Below, piece after piece: positions 37,265-46,989 of a stretch of DNA of 61,063 nucleotides. The translations under genes and the position numbers were made by a program. The first letter of the stretch is position 1. Every line of letters starts with the position of its first letter. Source of the DNA: an uncultured virus (IMG/VR IMGVR_UViG_3300037418_000253) (taxonomy: Duplodnaviria; Heunggongvirae; Uroviricota; Caudoviricetes); the IMG/VR virus record IMGVR_UViG_3300037418_000253; one strand, written 5' to 3'. The notes under the pieces were generated by a model. The model did not search any database and was not told the origin of the DNA. It saw only the letters and a list, made by a program, of their open reading frames with translations.

Positions 37265-37606
37265 CTACTTGGTGCGGTACCGAGTAACAGTCACCTCGTA
37301 AGGCTCAACCTCATCGAGGTAATAGCCGGGCTCCCAGTCGTTGGAGTCCCACGAGTTGTAATAACCCGTCTTCCGGAAAAGCTGGTCACCAATTCGGAAG
37401 ACAACCTCCATGTGGTCGCCCTCACCCTCGCTACCACCTTCACGAGCAACGTGGAAAGCGTCCGCGCCAAGGGCATCGAGAATAAAACCTGTGTCCTTGC
37501 TGGCCCACATAATCTCCTCGTAGAAGGTCTCCTCATCGGCCCACGAACCCTGGCCAGCAGCCCACTGCTGAATAGCGTCACGAACCTGCTCAACGGTGTA
37601 CGTCAT
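37265..37606 (-). CDS. Hypothetical protein, paralogue family A copy 1
   Basis: VFRIGDQLFRKTGYYNSWD. Confidence 0.75.
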   Translation of the reverse strand: MTYTVEQVRDAIQQWAAGQGSWADEETFYEEIMWASKDTGFILDALGADAFHVAREGGSEGEGDHMEVVFRIGDQLFRKTGYYNSWDSNDWEPGYYLDEVEPYEVTVTRYRTK

Positions 37607-37607
37607 T

Positions 37608-37853
37608 TTAGTCCTTCTTTCCATGCTTAATGAATCGCATAAGGTCATCCAGCGCATCCAGATAACCCGCGTTGTACATTCGATTATCCGTCGTGTCCAC
37701 ATTCTTGATGAACTCCGACAGCATATCCATGGCCCCGAACTTCCGAAGCGTTGCAAGAATTCGAGCTGCCTGGTCTTCGCTCATGTCCGTCTTGGACACG
37801 ACCAACTTAAGCATCAGACCATGGAACTCTTCATAACCCTTATTGAAAGCCAT
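37608..37853 (-). CDS. Hypothetical protein
   Basis: Packed ORF. Confidence 0.7.
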   Translation of the reverse strand: MAFNKGYEEFHGLMLKLVVSKTDMSEDQAARILATLRKFGAMDMLSEFIKNVDTTDNRMYNAGYLDALDDLMRFIKHGKKD

Positions 37854-37854
37854 G

Positions 37855-38109
37855 CTACTCCTTGAAGGTCCAACACTCGCAATACTTGCAGCCTATCGGC
37901 TCCATGCCGTCCCATGAATCAAAATGCCGGTAGTAAGAATGACCACAGAGGCAAGGTGCATCCTGGTCACGGTTCTCATCCCATAGCCGCTCAAGCTGAA
38001 CGGTAAGAGCATGGGTGAGCAGAATCATTTCGTTGCTCGGAATATCCTTTACGATATCCCGCAGTTTCTCCGCCTCTTCCTTGGTGAAGCGGATATCTAC
38101 ATGACCCAT
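37855..38109 (-). CDS. Hypothetical protein with Cys/His C-terminus
   Basis: CLCGHSYYRHFD...GCKYCEC. Confidence 0.75.
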   Translation of the reverse strand: MGHVDIRFTKEEAEKLRDIVKDIPSNEMILLTHALTVQLERLWDENRDQDAPCLCGHSYYRHFDSWDGMEPIGCKYCECWTFKE

Positions 38110-38150
38110 GAATCCTCCTTGGGTAAGCTTGGCCCTTTCGGGCCAGGAGA

Positions 38151-38453
38151 TTACTTCTCGTCAACGTACTTGACGACGGTAACCTCTCGGGGAATAACCC
38201 GGACCAGCCGACCATCCCACTCGGGGGTGTCCCACGAAGTGTAATAACCGTACTTTCGGAAATACTCATCCCCGACCTTGAACAGAATCCACTGCTCGCC
38301 GCTGTCCTCGGGCTCATAGTCCTTTACGAATTCCGCGAACTCATCCAAGGTGGGAAGGTAAATCTCCCGCCGCTCGATTGTGTCGTAGAACTCGTCCGGG
38401 TAGCTGGCGTACTTAGCCTTGATAGCCTCGTCAACCTGCTCAGCAGTATACAT
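38151..38453 (-). CDS. Hypothetical protein, paralogue family A copy 2
   Basis: LFKVGDEYFRKYGYYTSWD. Confidence 0.75.
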   Translation of the reverse strand: MYTAEQVDEAIKAKYASYPDEFYDTIERREIYLPTLDEFAEFVKDYEPEDSGEQWILFKVGDEYFRKYGYYTSWDTPEWDGRLVRVIPREVTVVKYVDEK

Positions 38454-38608
38454 CAGTACCTCTCATCCACCGTGCATTCTTCAATTTCGTTGTACTTGTA
38501 CGTGCTTTTCGCTACTGCCTTGTTGGCCTTTTCTTCGGTCGAGAAGACCCCAGAAACATACCACATGCAGCAGGTGCAGTCGCCCGAAGTAACAACCCAG
38601 ACGTTCAT
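38453..38608 (-). CDS. 51-aa GxCxCC microprotein
   Basis: MNVWVVTSGDCTCCM; RBS AGGAGG. Confidence 0.65.
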   Translation of the reverse strand: MNVWVVTSGDCTCCMWYVSGVFSTEEKANKAVAKSTYKYNEIEECTVDERY

Positions 38609-38675
38609 TATTCCTCCTAGTAGTTTCGAACCCTTTCGAATACCAGGAGTAGCTTGCCCCTTGCGGGGCAGAGAA

Positions 38676-38981
38676 TCAGATAGCGTCGTAGACGGTAATC
38701 ATCTTCTCACGGGGACGGACCTCTTCGAGGTCTCCGTCCCAGGCTCCACCATCCCACGAGTCGTAATACCCGTGCTTGCGGAAGAACCGGTCCCCCACCT
38801 TGAAGACCAGCTTCAAGTGGTTGACTTCATCGTAATAACTGTCCGTGTCAACCCACTCCATAGTACCCCATGGAGTTTCGTACTTCTTCCAGTCATCGTT
38901 TAGTTCGCCCCAGTAGAAACTCTGGTCCTCAGCGTCATCGCTGTTGGTCCATTCCTCTAGGTCGTCCAGCGTAAAACTCAC
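38676..38981 (-). CDS. Hypothetical protein, paralogue family A copy 3
   Basis: VFKVGDRFFRKHGYYDSWD. Confidence 0.75.
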   Translation of the reverse strand: MSFTLDDLEEWTNSDDAEDQSFYWGELNDDWKKYETPWGTMEWVDTDSYYDEVNHLKLVFKVGDRFFRKHGYYDSWDGGAWDGDLEEVRPREKMITVYDAI

Positions 38982-39727
38982 AGCAGCACCAATCTATCGC
39001 TGTTTTCCCGATGACGCTTCACATAGTCCACGTCAGGCTTAAAGAGGTTCTGGTAATTCGTCACGATGAATAGCGGGAACCAGCCCTTGCTAAACGATGT
39101 GACGGTCTTCATCATGGCCCAAGCATACGCGGCGCGAGGACTGTACTTGTAGTCACTCGGAATAACCTGCCGCTCTAGGGCGGTCGCGTAGACTTCCTCT
39201 CGGACAAGCTTGAGCTTGTCTTCATATGGTAGCGCCTCGAACTTGGCCCTGTCAACCATCACGTCATGACCATCCCGAAGAATCCGCTCGTAAAGCGGCC
39301 GGTCGTAATATGCAATCGACCGGTGAATACTGTCATGGTCATATACCCGGTGGACATTCTTGTTGAAGAAATCCTCGGGCTTGGCATTCAGGTTGGCCTT
39401 CTTCTTGCCGTATCGCTCCTCCCAGATGGGATAGAGAATATCGAACAGCTCGGGGATGAACTGAGCGCCCTTCTTCCACAGGAAGACGATATCACCCATG
39501 TGCTTGTTCCAGGTACCGTGCAGGTTCCAGAATGCATGGGAAATCTTGAGCGTGTACAGTTCATCGACGGTAGCGATTTCCCCGAACCCGGCCTTTTCCA
39601 GCTCAGGATGCCAGAACGTCTCCGCTCCGTCAATGGGCTCGGGTGAAAGATAATCCGTGTCCTTCGGCTCCCGAGGGAATTCCGGGAAGTGGTGCTTAAT
39701 TGCCCGTGAACCAACAAGAGTCTTCAC
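38978..39727 (-). CDS. Conserved phage protein with nucleotidyltransferase-like N-terminus
   Basis: LVGSRA...REPKDTDY (GS..DxD), LKISH..W, YDHDSIH. Confidence 0.6.
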   Translation of the reverse strand: MKTLVGSRAIKHHFPEFPREPKDTDYLSPEPIDGAETFWHPELEKAGFGEIATVDELYTLKISHAFWNLHGTWNKHMGDIVFLWKKGAQFIPELFDILYPIWEERYGKKKANLNAKPEDFFNKNVHRVYDHDSIHRSIAYYDRPLYERILRDGHDVMVDRAKFEALPYEDKLKLVREEVYATALERQVIPSDYKYSPRAAYAWAMMKTVTSFSKGWFPLFIVTNYQNLFKPDVDYVKRHRENSDRLVLL

Positions 39728-40106
39728 TTCTGAGCCTCCTCGAACCTCCGAGCCATCTTGCGCATCGCCGCGCACCAGCCGTAATAGTATTCCCAGCCAT
39801 AACTCTCGCGAACTCGCGGACCGGCTTCCTTAATTTCCTTCTCAACTTCTTCGATAGTCATGACCCACATCCTTGAATCGACATTGGGAAGCTTGCCCGG
39901 CCGAAGCCGGGCCTCTTTATCGAGTCACAATGCCCAAGATGGTAACAGCCGTAGCCATAACCAGTGGGAACATTCCGATTCTAACCGAACTGTACTGACC
40001 GCTTCTCACAAGGTTGAAAGCTAGCCCAACAAGCACTATCTGCCAAACCAAGAAGAGACAGGCGAGTACGAAAAGGATAAGGCTGACAGTGCTCATTTTC
40101 GCTCCT

Positions 40107-40382
40107 TTACGAAACCCCGTCGAAGGTCAGAGAAATTCTGGCCTCTGCGTCGTTCACTTTTTCAAAGACTACCGCCCTGAGAGCATCCACGTCAAGGTCT
40201 AGGTCGTCCTTGTTTGAGTCGATAATCAGGGTGAAGTGGTAAACGTGCCTGGGTGCGGGGACAGCATCAAGGAGATAATCCGGAATCATATGGTCCGGGT
40301 GCTCACCGATGACCCGGTTAATCTCTCTCAGACGTTCGACAATATCGATAACGTCGTCTTCTCCTAGCATTACATTAGGCAT
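40107..40382 (-). CDS. Hypothetical protein
   Basis: ORF below a TTGACA promoter. Confidence 0.7.
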   Translation of the reverse strand: MPNVMLGEDDVIDIVERLREINRVIGEHPDHMIPDYLLDAVPAPRHVYHFTLIIDSNKDDLDLDVDALRAVVFEKVNDAEARISLTFDGVS

Positions 40383-40475
40383 ATGCTATATACCTACTCT
40401 CCTTGTTGTTATTTTCTTTCTTTTTTCTAGTTTAACGAGCTTGCCAGGAGGTTGTCAAGCCTCCTGGCCAAATTG

Positions 40476-40988
40476 TTACCCCATGTCCCTATGAATAGCC
40501 CGCCGGTTTGCCTCAGCAGTCCACAGCCAGTATCCCCGGACCTCCATCAAAATACCACCGAGGATATTAAAGCCCTTGCCCTCGCACCTTCCCCAGAATT
40601 TATCGCCCCAGGTATTTCCTTCTACCAGCAGTGCGTGGCCAGTTTCCATGAGGCGCACCCGCAGCTCAGGGTTCTGCTGGAACTTCTGGAACACTATTTC
40701 CCTCATGCACTTGACCTTAATTGTCTCCCAGTGCTCCAGGTCAATCTTGACAGAGCGACCCTTGTACTTGGCATCGTTGGGTGTGGAGACCGCCTCCAGG
40801 CTTTTGACGTAGGCTAGTTTTTTTGCCGGGTCCTCGGAGACCATCGACCTAACCTTGGCCGCCTGAAAAGCAGCCTCGCCGTTCTTGAACACCAACTTTT
40901 CGTCGTCGTAGTCGAACATAATCTCTGACGGGGAGAAATTACTGAGGAAGAAGTTCTCTCCATCGAATTTCGCAATGACGTTAGCCAA
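40476..40988 (-). CDS. NADAR family ADP-ribosylhydrolase
   Basis: FLSNFS, EAAFQAAK, KFQQNPELR..L.ETG..LVEGNTWGDKFWG, G.N.LG.ILMEVR. Confidence 0.92.
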   Translation of the reverse strand: MANVIAKFDGENFFLSNFSPSEIMFDYDDEKLVFKNGEAAFQAAKVRSMVSEDPAKKLAYVKSLEAVSTPNDAKYKGRSVKIDLEHWETIKVKCMREIVFQKFQQNPELRVRLMETGHALLVEGNTWGDKFWGRCEGKGFNILGGILMEVRGYWLWTAEANRRAIHRDMG

Positions 40989-41044
40989 TTTATTCCTCCT
41001 GAAACGCAAAAAAGCCGGGGGATTTCTCCCCCGGCCGTCCGGAA

Positions 41045-41221
41045 CTACTCGAAGAGAGCGTATGCTGTGTAATCGCCCTCGTCTTGATTATACTGAATCC
41101 CAACGGCAAGTAGAACACCGTCACGGGTTTCGATGATATCCGCCAGTTCTCGAATTGCATCAGGGGCGGAATCCTGAATTGCAACAACACCCTTACCCAG
41201 GGCCAGGTCGTAAGAACTCAT
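41045..41221 (-). CDS. Hypothetical protein
   Basis: RBS GGAG. Confidence 0.6.
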   Translation of the reverse strand: MSSYDLALGKGVVAIQDSAPDAIRELADIIETRDGVLLAVGIQYNQDEGDYTAYALFE

Positions 41222-41434
41222 TTTACTCCGCGCTTTCAAGTTCCTGGTGTCGGTGCTCAAGCTCTTGCCCGTTCATCCAGAGAACAAGGTATGAATGGTA
41301 CGCCATTCCCAGCTTAACGAGAGTGACTGTACCAGTGATTAGCGGATTACTCTTGAGAGCCACACGGTCTCCACGCTTGAAGCGCATATCATTCTCCTTA
41401 ATAGGGAAAGCTTGGGGCCGAAGCCCCAACTGGA

Positions 41435-41779
41435 TTAGGTCAGCTTCGCCAAAAGCTCGCGAACTTCCTTTTCCAGTTCAGCCCGAGGACGACCATAATA
41501 TCCGTCGTCATCACGAGCGTTGGTCTTAACACGATACCGAAGTGCCGCCTCAAGAGAACGCTTATCCATCGGGCCGTCAAGGTCTTCCTTCTTCGTGTCC
41601 TCGAAAGGCGAAGGGCAGGAACACCCAGAGTCGTCAGCAATGTAATACTTACCGCGACCCTCCTTCCAGACGACCGTCATATTGAATTCATATGACTCCT
41701 GGTCCCAGTCAATGTCACCGACGATTTCCAGACCGTAAGCCTCGGGCTTGTAGTACGGGTTAGGGGTGTCCCAGGACAT
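41435..41779 (-). CDS. Hypothetical protein (DSGCSCPSPFE family)
   Basis: Motif typical of actinophage proteins; RBS GGAGG. Confidence 0.75.
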   Translation of the reverse strand: MSWDTPNPYYKPEAYGLEIVGDIDWDQESYEFNMTVVWKEGRGKYYIADDSGCSCPSPFEDTKKEDLDGPMDKRSLEAALRYRVKTNARDDDGYYGRPRAELEKEVRELLAKLT

Positions 41780-41831
41780 ATTATCCTCCATGTTAGGTAA
41801 GCTTGCCGGAATATTTCATCCGGCATGGCGA

Positions 41832-42704
41832 TTAGAAATCGCCGGGGGCGACCTGTAGACAGGTTAGCCCAAGAGCACGCCACATCGCAACCACTTGGTC
41901 ACGGTCATCCAGGACGTACTTCACGCGGTACTCGTTACGAATATGCTCGTTGAACAGCTCGTACTTGACGATGCTGTCCTTGCGCATGTCTCCCGCAGCC
42001 CGCATAAAAAGATTATCGTAGTAAACCTCGTGCTTGTCAAGCCACCGCTCGGTCTCTGCTCGGCAGGAACCGTCACGACCAGACATGACGATAATCTTAG
42101 TGGCATTCGTCCACTCGTTCAAGACGACATCGATAATCGTCTCTACCGGCTCGTCCTCCTCGACCCGCTTCCAGTCAAACGGACCACGGCCGTTCATCTT
42201 GGCCAGGGTTCCGTCAATGTCCACCAGAATAGCGTAAGGCTTCCCGACAGGCGCGACATATTCTTGGACCGCCAGCGGATTTTCTACGACCCCGGAGAGG
42301 TTAGCTCCGGTACGCTTGAACATGTCCCGGATGACGTTCTCGGGCACCACACGGTCACGCTTAGCGTTACGCTCCAGAGCCTCAGCCAGTCGAATATCAA
42401 ACTGCCTGACTCGAACCTCGGCACCGTAACGATGACCAATTGCCGCCAGCCGGTTGATGTACTTCCGCTGAATGTTGCAGTCATCGACCACAACGGAATT
42501 GCCAGCCTTAAGAGCCGCCGCAACCATCGCATCCTCAACAGCGGTCACGGCATCCTCATCGACACCGAATTCCTTGTTGAAAAGCTGCATTCGGATATCG
42601 TCACGGTTAATTCGGACTCGGTTCTTTCCGGAGAGAACCCAAACCTTTGCCCAGGTGCTCTTTCCGGAAGCGGGAATGCCGCGAGTCAGAATAAGCTCTA
42701 GCAT
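41832..42704 (-). CDS. pseT: Polynucleotide 5'-kinase/3'-phosphatase (T4 PNKP-like)
   Basis: GIPASGKST, RDDIR kinase; DIDGT, SGR, DDR HAD phosphatase. Confidence 0.95.
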   Translation of the reverse strand: MLELILTRGIPASGKSTWAKVWVLSGKNRVRINRDDIRMQLFNKEFGVDEDAVTAVEDAMVAAALKAGNSVVVDDCNIQRKYINRLAAIGHRYGAEVRVRQFDIRLAEALERNAKRDRVVPENVIRDMFKRTGANLSGVVENPLAVQEYVAPVGKPYAILVDIDGTLAKMNGRGPFDWKRVEEDEPVETIIDVVLNEWTNATKIIVMSGRDGSCRAETERWLDKHEVYYDNLFMRAAGDMRKDSIVKYELFNEHIRNEYRVKYVLDDRDQVVAMWRALGLTCLQVAPGDF

Positions 42705-42755
42705 TGTTTCCCTTTCGTAGATTGGAAGCTTGGCCCCTTTCGGGGCCGAACCAGA

Positions 42756-43181
42756 TTAGTTCTGGTTCTGCGGACCATCCTCCGTGGAACCACGGAAGTC
42801 CAGGTCCGGGATAATGCTCTGAGGCTTGAAGGTCACACGGTAGTGATAAGCGCTAGCCTTGACCGGCTCACCCTGCTCAACGAAATACGAAACGTTGTCA
42901 GAGAGGCCGAGGAAATGCTTCTTGTAGGAATCCTTGCCGACCTTGCAAATAACTTCCAACTGCTTTCCGTCCTCGGTAATAGAGCACGGACCCTCAATGG
43001 TCAGAAGGTACTTATCGGTAATGCCGTTGAAGAAAACAATCCGGCGCTGAACCTCGAAGTTATCCGCCGCCTTAGAGACATTCTCGGAGGCAACGGTTGC
43101 GTCGTCCTCGTTGCACGCGGTCAGTCCACCAGTAAGCAGAATGACACCAGCAATAGAAAGGGCAACATGCTTCTTGTTCAT
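42756..43181 (-). CDS. Conserved phage lipoprotein
   Basis: LTAC lipobox; ADNFEVQRRIVFFNGITD..KHFLGLSDNVSYFVEQ. Confidence 0.8.
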   Translation of the reverse strand: MNKKHVALSIAGVILLTGGLTACNEDDATVASENVSKAADNFEVQRRIVFFNGITDKYLLTIEGPCSITEDGKQLEVICKVGKDSYKKHFLGLSDNVSYFVEQGEPVKASAYHYRVTFKPQSIIPDLDFRGSTEDGPQNQN

Positions 43182-43235
43182 ATGATATATCTCCTGTTGG
43201 TAGGGAAGCTTGCCGAGATTTCTCCCGACAGACGG

Positions 43236-43493
43236 TCAACGACCGTCGATAATGCGCTCATGCATCTCGTTCAACTTGTTGGTGCTCATAGCAAAGTAGG
43301 AACAAAGCAGAACGTCCAGCGGAACCGAAAGCACACAGGCAGTCCAGTAACCGATAGGACGAACAGCATCCAGCACCTCGTGATGAACCCCGCCCAGGAA
43401 CAGCATAAACATAAAGCCCTCAAGGAAAAACCCGAGGATGCCAACCACGATACCCGAAACCGTACGCTCGGTCTTAGTCATGGCCTTTGCCAT
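43236..43493 (-). CDS. Membrane protein
   Basis: Two TM segments. Confidence 0.7.
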   Translation of the reverse strand: MAKAMTKTERTVSGIVVGILGFFLEGFMFMLFLGGVHHEVLDAVRPIGYWTACVLSVPLDVLLCSYFAMSTNKLNEMHERIIDGR

Positions 43494-43543
43494 TTTGGTC
43501 TCCTTAGTTGGAAGCTTGGCCAGTTTAACCTGGCCGGTGGTGC

Positions 43544-43786
43544 TTAGTCCAGCTCATGGAGCGGGATAATAAAGCTGAACGACTCATTATCCATGGTCTG
43601 GCTTGTGTAAGCAGAACCGTAGCACTCGATGCCGATGCTTGTAAAGCCCAGCGTAATGTCCGACTCCGTGATAGCGAATCGAAGCCAGGCGTCGGAACCC
43701 ATCAAGGCTCCATTATTTCGCTTGGCAATCTCCAGGCACTTCTCCCGGAGGTCGTTGTAACCGGCGATAATTTCTTCGAGGTCCAT
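43544..43786 (-). CDS. Hypothetical protein
   Basis: ORF between hairpin elements. Confidence 0.7.
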   Translation of the reverse strand: MDLEEIIAGYNDLREKCLEIAKRNNGALMGSDAWLRFAITESDITLGFTSIGIECYGSAYTSQTMDNESFSFIIPLHELD

Positions 43787-43834
43787 GATAAACCCTTCGT
43801 AGGGAAGCTTGCAGGGCCGAAGCCCTGCACGGTC

Positions 43835-44899
43835 TTACTTGTTGTTCACGTCCGGCTTTACCGCGTCCCACAGCATGTCACTGATGGACTTGCAGTCTAG
43901 CAGAGCGAACAGATAAGACATATAAGGAGTCTTCTTTGCTGCAAGAGCGAACTCCTTGCGAGAAAACCCGGCCGGAATATCGTGGATAACTTCGACGTAA
44001 GCCTGGGTTACCTCGTTCTCCAGCTCGTTGTACTTAGAGTACAGCACCTCGGCCACATCCACAACCCAGTCGTGCCACTCGTCGGGAATCATCTCGCAAA
44101 TATCCCGAGCCGACTTGCCATCCTTAAGCTGAGACCACACAGAACGCTCGTTCAGGTTGGTCACGATGCGGTGCAGCTCGACATAATCGACCTGCTTCAA
44201 CTTGACCATGCTATTACCCGAGCGAATTACCAGGCCCTCAGCATTTTCCCTGTGGACGCCGAAGCAGTCGTTAAGGGAACGGTAGCGGAAGACCTCGGTA
44301 ACGGGGCCGGTCCAGTTCATGATGCCAGCCGCCTGGTTCGGACCCCAGTAATAACCCCGCTCGTTATCGACAGCACCCAGAAGAATCAGGTCGTCCATGT
44401 CACCGTAGTTCAGAACGATTCGGTTCTTCGGATAAACAATCTCAAAGAGGAACGTGGTGTCCTTGAGGGGCTTCACAATGTGACTGTACTTGTCGTTAAA
44501 CAACTTCGTCGCGTGAATTGCCTGTTCCGAAGTAAAGGACCCTCGGGTGGCAATTGCATAATCGCCGGTTACCGGGTTCCGGTAAAGAATACCCAGCGAA
44601 CCGTCCTTCTTATCGGTCACCTCAACCGGCGCATCCGTGTCGAACAGAAGCGGACGCTCACCGAAGTTGAAGAACTTCTTCCAAGGCCGAGCTACAACAA
44701 AACCATCGTGGTCAATAATCAGGCCACGGCAGTTCAGCGTAACGTCGTTCCACATCCTGTCGAATTGCGCTTTTTCTGTGTAACCAAGGATTACCAGAGG
44801 CGCATCCGGGTGCGGGTTCACTCGGACATAGCCGTTCTCAATCGCCTTCTCAAGCTCATCCGTTGAGAAGATTTCAGAAACGTGAACCATTAGACTCAC
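43835..44899 (-). CDS. rnlA: RNA ligase (T4 Rnl1-like)
   Basis: CRGLI, KFFN, DKKDGSLGI, ATRGSF, FEIVYP.NRIV, EGLVI, VKLK..YV.LH. Confidence 0.92.
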   Translation of the reverse strand: MSLMVHVSEIFSTDELEKAIENGYVRVNPHPDAPLVILGYTEKAQFDRMWNDVTLNCRGLIIDHDGFVVARPWKKFFNFGERPLLFDTDAPVEVTDKKDGSLGILYRNPVTGDYAIATRGSFTSEQAIHATKLFNDKYSHIVKPLKDTTFLFEIVYPKNRIVLNYGDMDDLILLGAVDNERGYYWGPNQAAGIMNWTGPVTEVFRYRSLNDCFGVHRENAEGLVIRSGNSMVKLKQVDYVELHRIVTNLNERSVWSQLKDGKSARDICEMIPDEWHDWVVDVAEVLYSKYNELENEVTQAYVEVIHDIPAGFSRKEFALAAKKTPYMSYLFALLDCKSISDMLWDAVKPDVNNK

Positions 44900-44949
44900 T
44901 CCTTAAATCCATAAAAATAAGCCCGTGACCTTATTGCCACGGGCTTAAG

Positions 44950-45036
44950 CGGAGAGAACGAGAGTCGAACTCGCAAGGGCTTTTACACCTCAACACCTTA
45001 GCAGGGTGTCTCCGTCACCTGTCGGATTGCCTCTCC
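44950..45036 (-). tRNA. tRNA-Ser(GCT)
   Basis: ACACC-CTGCTAA-GGTGT, long variable arm, G discriminator. Confidence 0.9.
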
Positions 45037-45052
45037 ATGCCCTTTCGGGCTG

Positions 45053-45412
45053 TTAATCCAAGAATAGCACAGACTCACTGGAGCTGACAAGTCGTCGCCG
45101 CGTCCTGTCCTTATGGCAGTTGGCGCAGACAACCTCACACTTTTCGATTTCCGCCTTGACCTCATCGAAAGAGTGTGTTCGATACATACTCGAAATATTG
45201 CCCAACTTGGTACCTCGAACGTGGTCGAATTCGAGAACCCAGTATGGATACTCTATACCACAGTCGAGACAACCCTTAGCCTGCTTATATTCTTGAATAT
45301 AGCGCGTAACCAAATTTCTCCGGTCACGCGCTACTTCCTTAACCTTTTCCTTATTTGCTTCGTAATACTTGCGCTGGGCTGCGCGCTGCTGTTCCTTATT
45401 CTTGTATGGCAT
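45053..45412 (-). CDS. HNH endonuclease
   Basis: CLDCG..LEFDH...CEVVCANCHKDRT. Confidence 0.88.
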   Translation of the reverse strand: MPYKNKEQQRAAQRKYYEANKEKVKEVARDRRNLVTRYIQEYKQAKGCLDCGIEYPYWVLEFDHVRGTKLGNISSMYRTHSFDEVKAEIEKCEVVCANCHKDRTRRRLVSSSESVLFLD

Positions 45413-45457
45413 ACATTTATTATGCCATGGTTCGAATTATGAAGCGGATTCGAACCC

Positions 45458-45700
45458 TTAGAACCCGCGCAACTTCAAGTGGCCGTAGAGATAGACTAGC
45501 ATATCCCAGCCGCCGATGCTGATGGGCAGACTGCCCGGTCCCTTTTCCTTCATGACCATCTCGGGCGTCCAGTCGGGGCCGTACTCGTCCTTCACCCAGT
45601 CACGGATATAATCATCTTCGATATAATCGTAGAGCGCGCCCAGCTCCTCAAGCGTACTCTCGTTGATATCGAATACGTCTCGGCTTGGAATAAAACTCAA
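45458..45700 (-). CDS. Hypothetical protein
   Basis: Coupled ORF. Confidence 0.7.
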   Translation of the reverse strand: MSFIPSRDVFDINESTLEELGALYDYIEDDYIRDWVKDEYGPDWTPEMVMKEKGPGSLPISIGGWDMLVYLYGHLKLRGF

Positions 45701-45945
45701 ATTCCCATCCTGCTCTTGAGTCGCTGGCTAATAATACCAGTCCGTGGACGGTTCAGATAGCTGTTGTTGAAGTCGGACGGGACAAGCTTACGACCAATCC
45801 GGCCCTCAACGTGCTCTATACAGAGCATCCCATATTTTCCGAGCCCGGTCAACCGCCAGGTCTCGTCAAGAAGCATGTAGTGCTCACCGATTTTCCCGGT
45901 GTCCACCCGGCAGTCCAGGCAGAGGAACTTGCGTCGAGAAGCCAT
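45697..45945 (-). CDS. Hypothetical protein (CLDC..EHYML..W..LCIEHVE.RIGR.L...DF)
   Basis: Zn-binding motif family. Confidence 0.75.
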   Translation of the reverse strand: MASRRKFLCLDCRVDTGKIGEHYMLLDETWRLTGLGKYGMLCIEHVEGRIGRKLVPSDFNNSYLNRPRTGIISQRLKSRMGI

Positions 45946-46246
45946 TATGCCCCTTTACGAAAGCGCGTCAAAATCTCAGGAATTTTTTAAAAGCTCGCGG
46001 GGTTCCCCCCGCACCGTTATTACTTGTCGATGCAGTTGCCATCAATCCACTGCTTGTCAGCCTTGATGCACTGAGTATACCGCTTGTCGTAACGAACGTT
46101 GCCATCCCGCAGGTTTAATCGCCATGCTGGTGAACAGGCTGATAACCAGAACAACCCCAGTCGCATAGACTGCGATAAACTTCCAGTTCTTCATTTTTCC
46201 TCCCAGGTTGGAAAGCTTGGGTGGTTCGCATGAACCACCCGCAGAC

Positions 46247-46570
46247 TCAGGAGTCAAGTTCCTGGAGAATCTGAATCGCGGTGCGACCCTGAATCTCTCG
46301 CGTCTGCTCACCGTTCTCGAAGTATAGTACGGTCGGAACCGTCATAATCGGGAAGGTGTTGCGGATATCTTGGTCGGCCTTATCAATATCGACCTTAACA
46401 AAGCGTACCGCATCATTCTTTTTTGCCGCAACATCAATGTGTGGGGCAAGCCTGCGACAGGGGATACACCACGAAGGCGCGTGGAAGTCTACCACAACCT
46501 TATCGTGGCCATTGAAAATCTCCTGCAACTGCGTCAGCGTTGTCGCCTCAACGACATTATCACTCGCCAA
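46247..46570 (-). CDS. trxA: Thioredoxin
   Basis: VVVDFHAPSWCIPC, VKVDID, TVPT; start uncertain. Confidence 0.88.
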   Translation of the reverse strand: MASDNVVEATTLTQLQEIFNGHDKVVVDFHAPSWCIPCRRLAPHIDVAAKKNDAVRFVKVDIDKADQDIRNTFPIMTVPTVLYFENGEQTREIQGRTAIQILQELDS

Positions 46571-46988
46571 AGGGAACCACAACCTCCTTAATCTTGATAC
46601 CCGGCACGTCCTTGTTGGACTCCAGGAACGCCTTGACCGCTTCATCAAGGCTACCGGCCGAAACCTCGGCCTCAAACTCTACCGTAGCTCGCACGGTAAA
46701 CTTCTTCTGCTCCACCGCATTCTCCTTCTGAATATCAACCGGTCGAAGGGTCACGTCCTGCCGACCCTTACCGAACTTGGTATCGTACTTCCCGCGAATC
46801 AGGGAGTTGTAGGTGTCGCCCGCAGAATATCCGTCACCGAAGTAGTCAAAGACATCCTGAGGAACATCAAGGTAGATGTATGAATTACCGTGAGCATTCA
46901 CAACCAGCTCCTTGGTGTTCTGGTTGTAGTAAATCCCAGAAATCCACGAGCTGACAGGACGGTTGGCGTGCGTGAACTCGAAAATCAT
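46560..46988 (-). CDS. KTSC-domain protein
   Basis: SSWISGIYY...YIYLDVP...SAGDTYN..IRGKY. Confidence 0.75.
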   Translation of the reverse strand: MIFEFTHANRPVSSWISGIYYNQNTKELVVNAHGNSYIYLDVPQDVFDYFGDGYSAGDTYNSLIRGKYDTKFGKGRQDVTLRPVDIQKENAVEQKKFTVRATVEFEAEVSAGSLDEAVKAFLESNKDVPGIKIKEVVVPFGE

Positions 46989-46989
46989 T

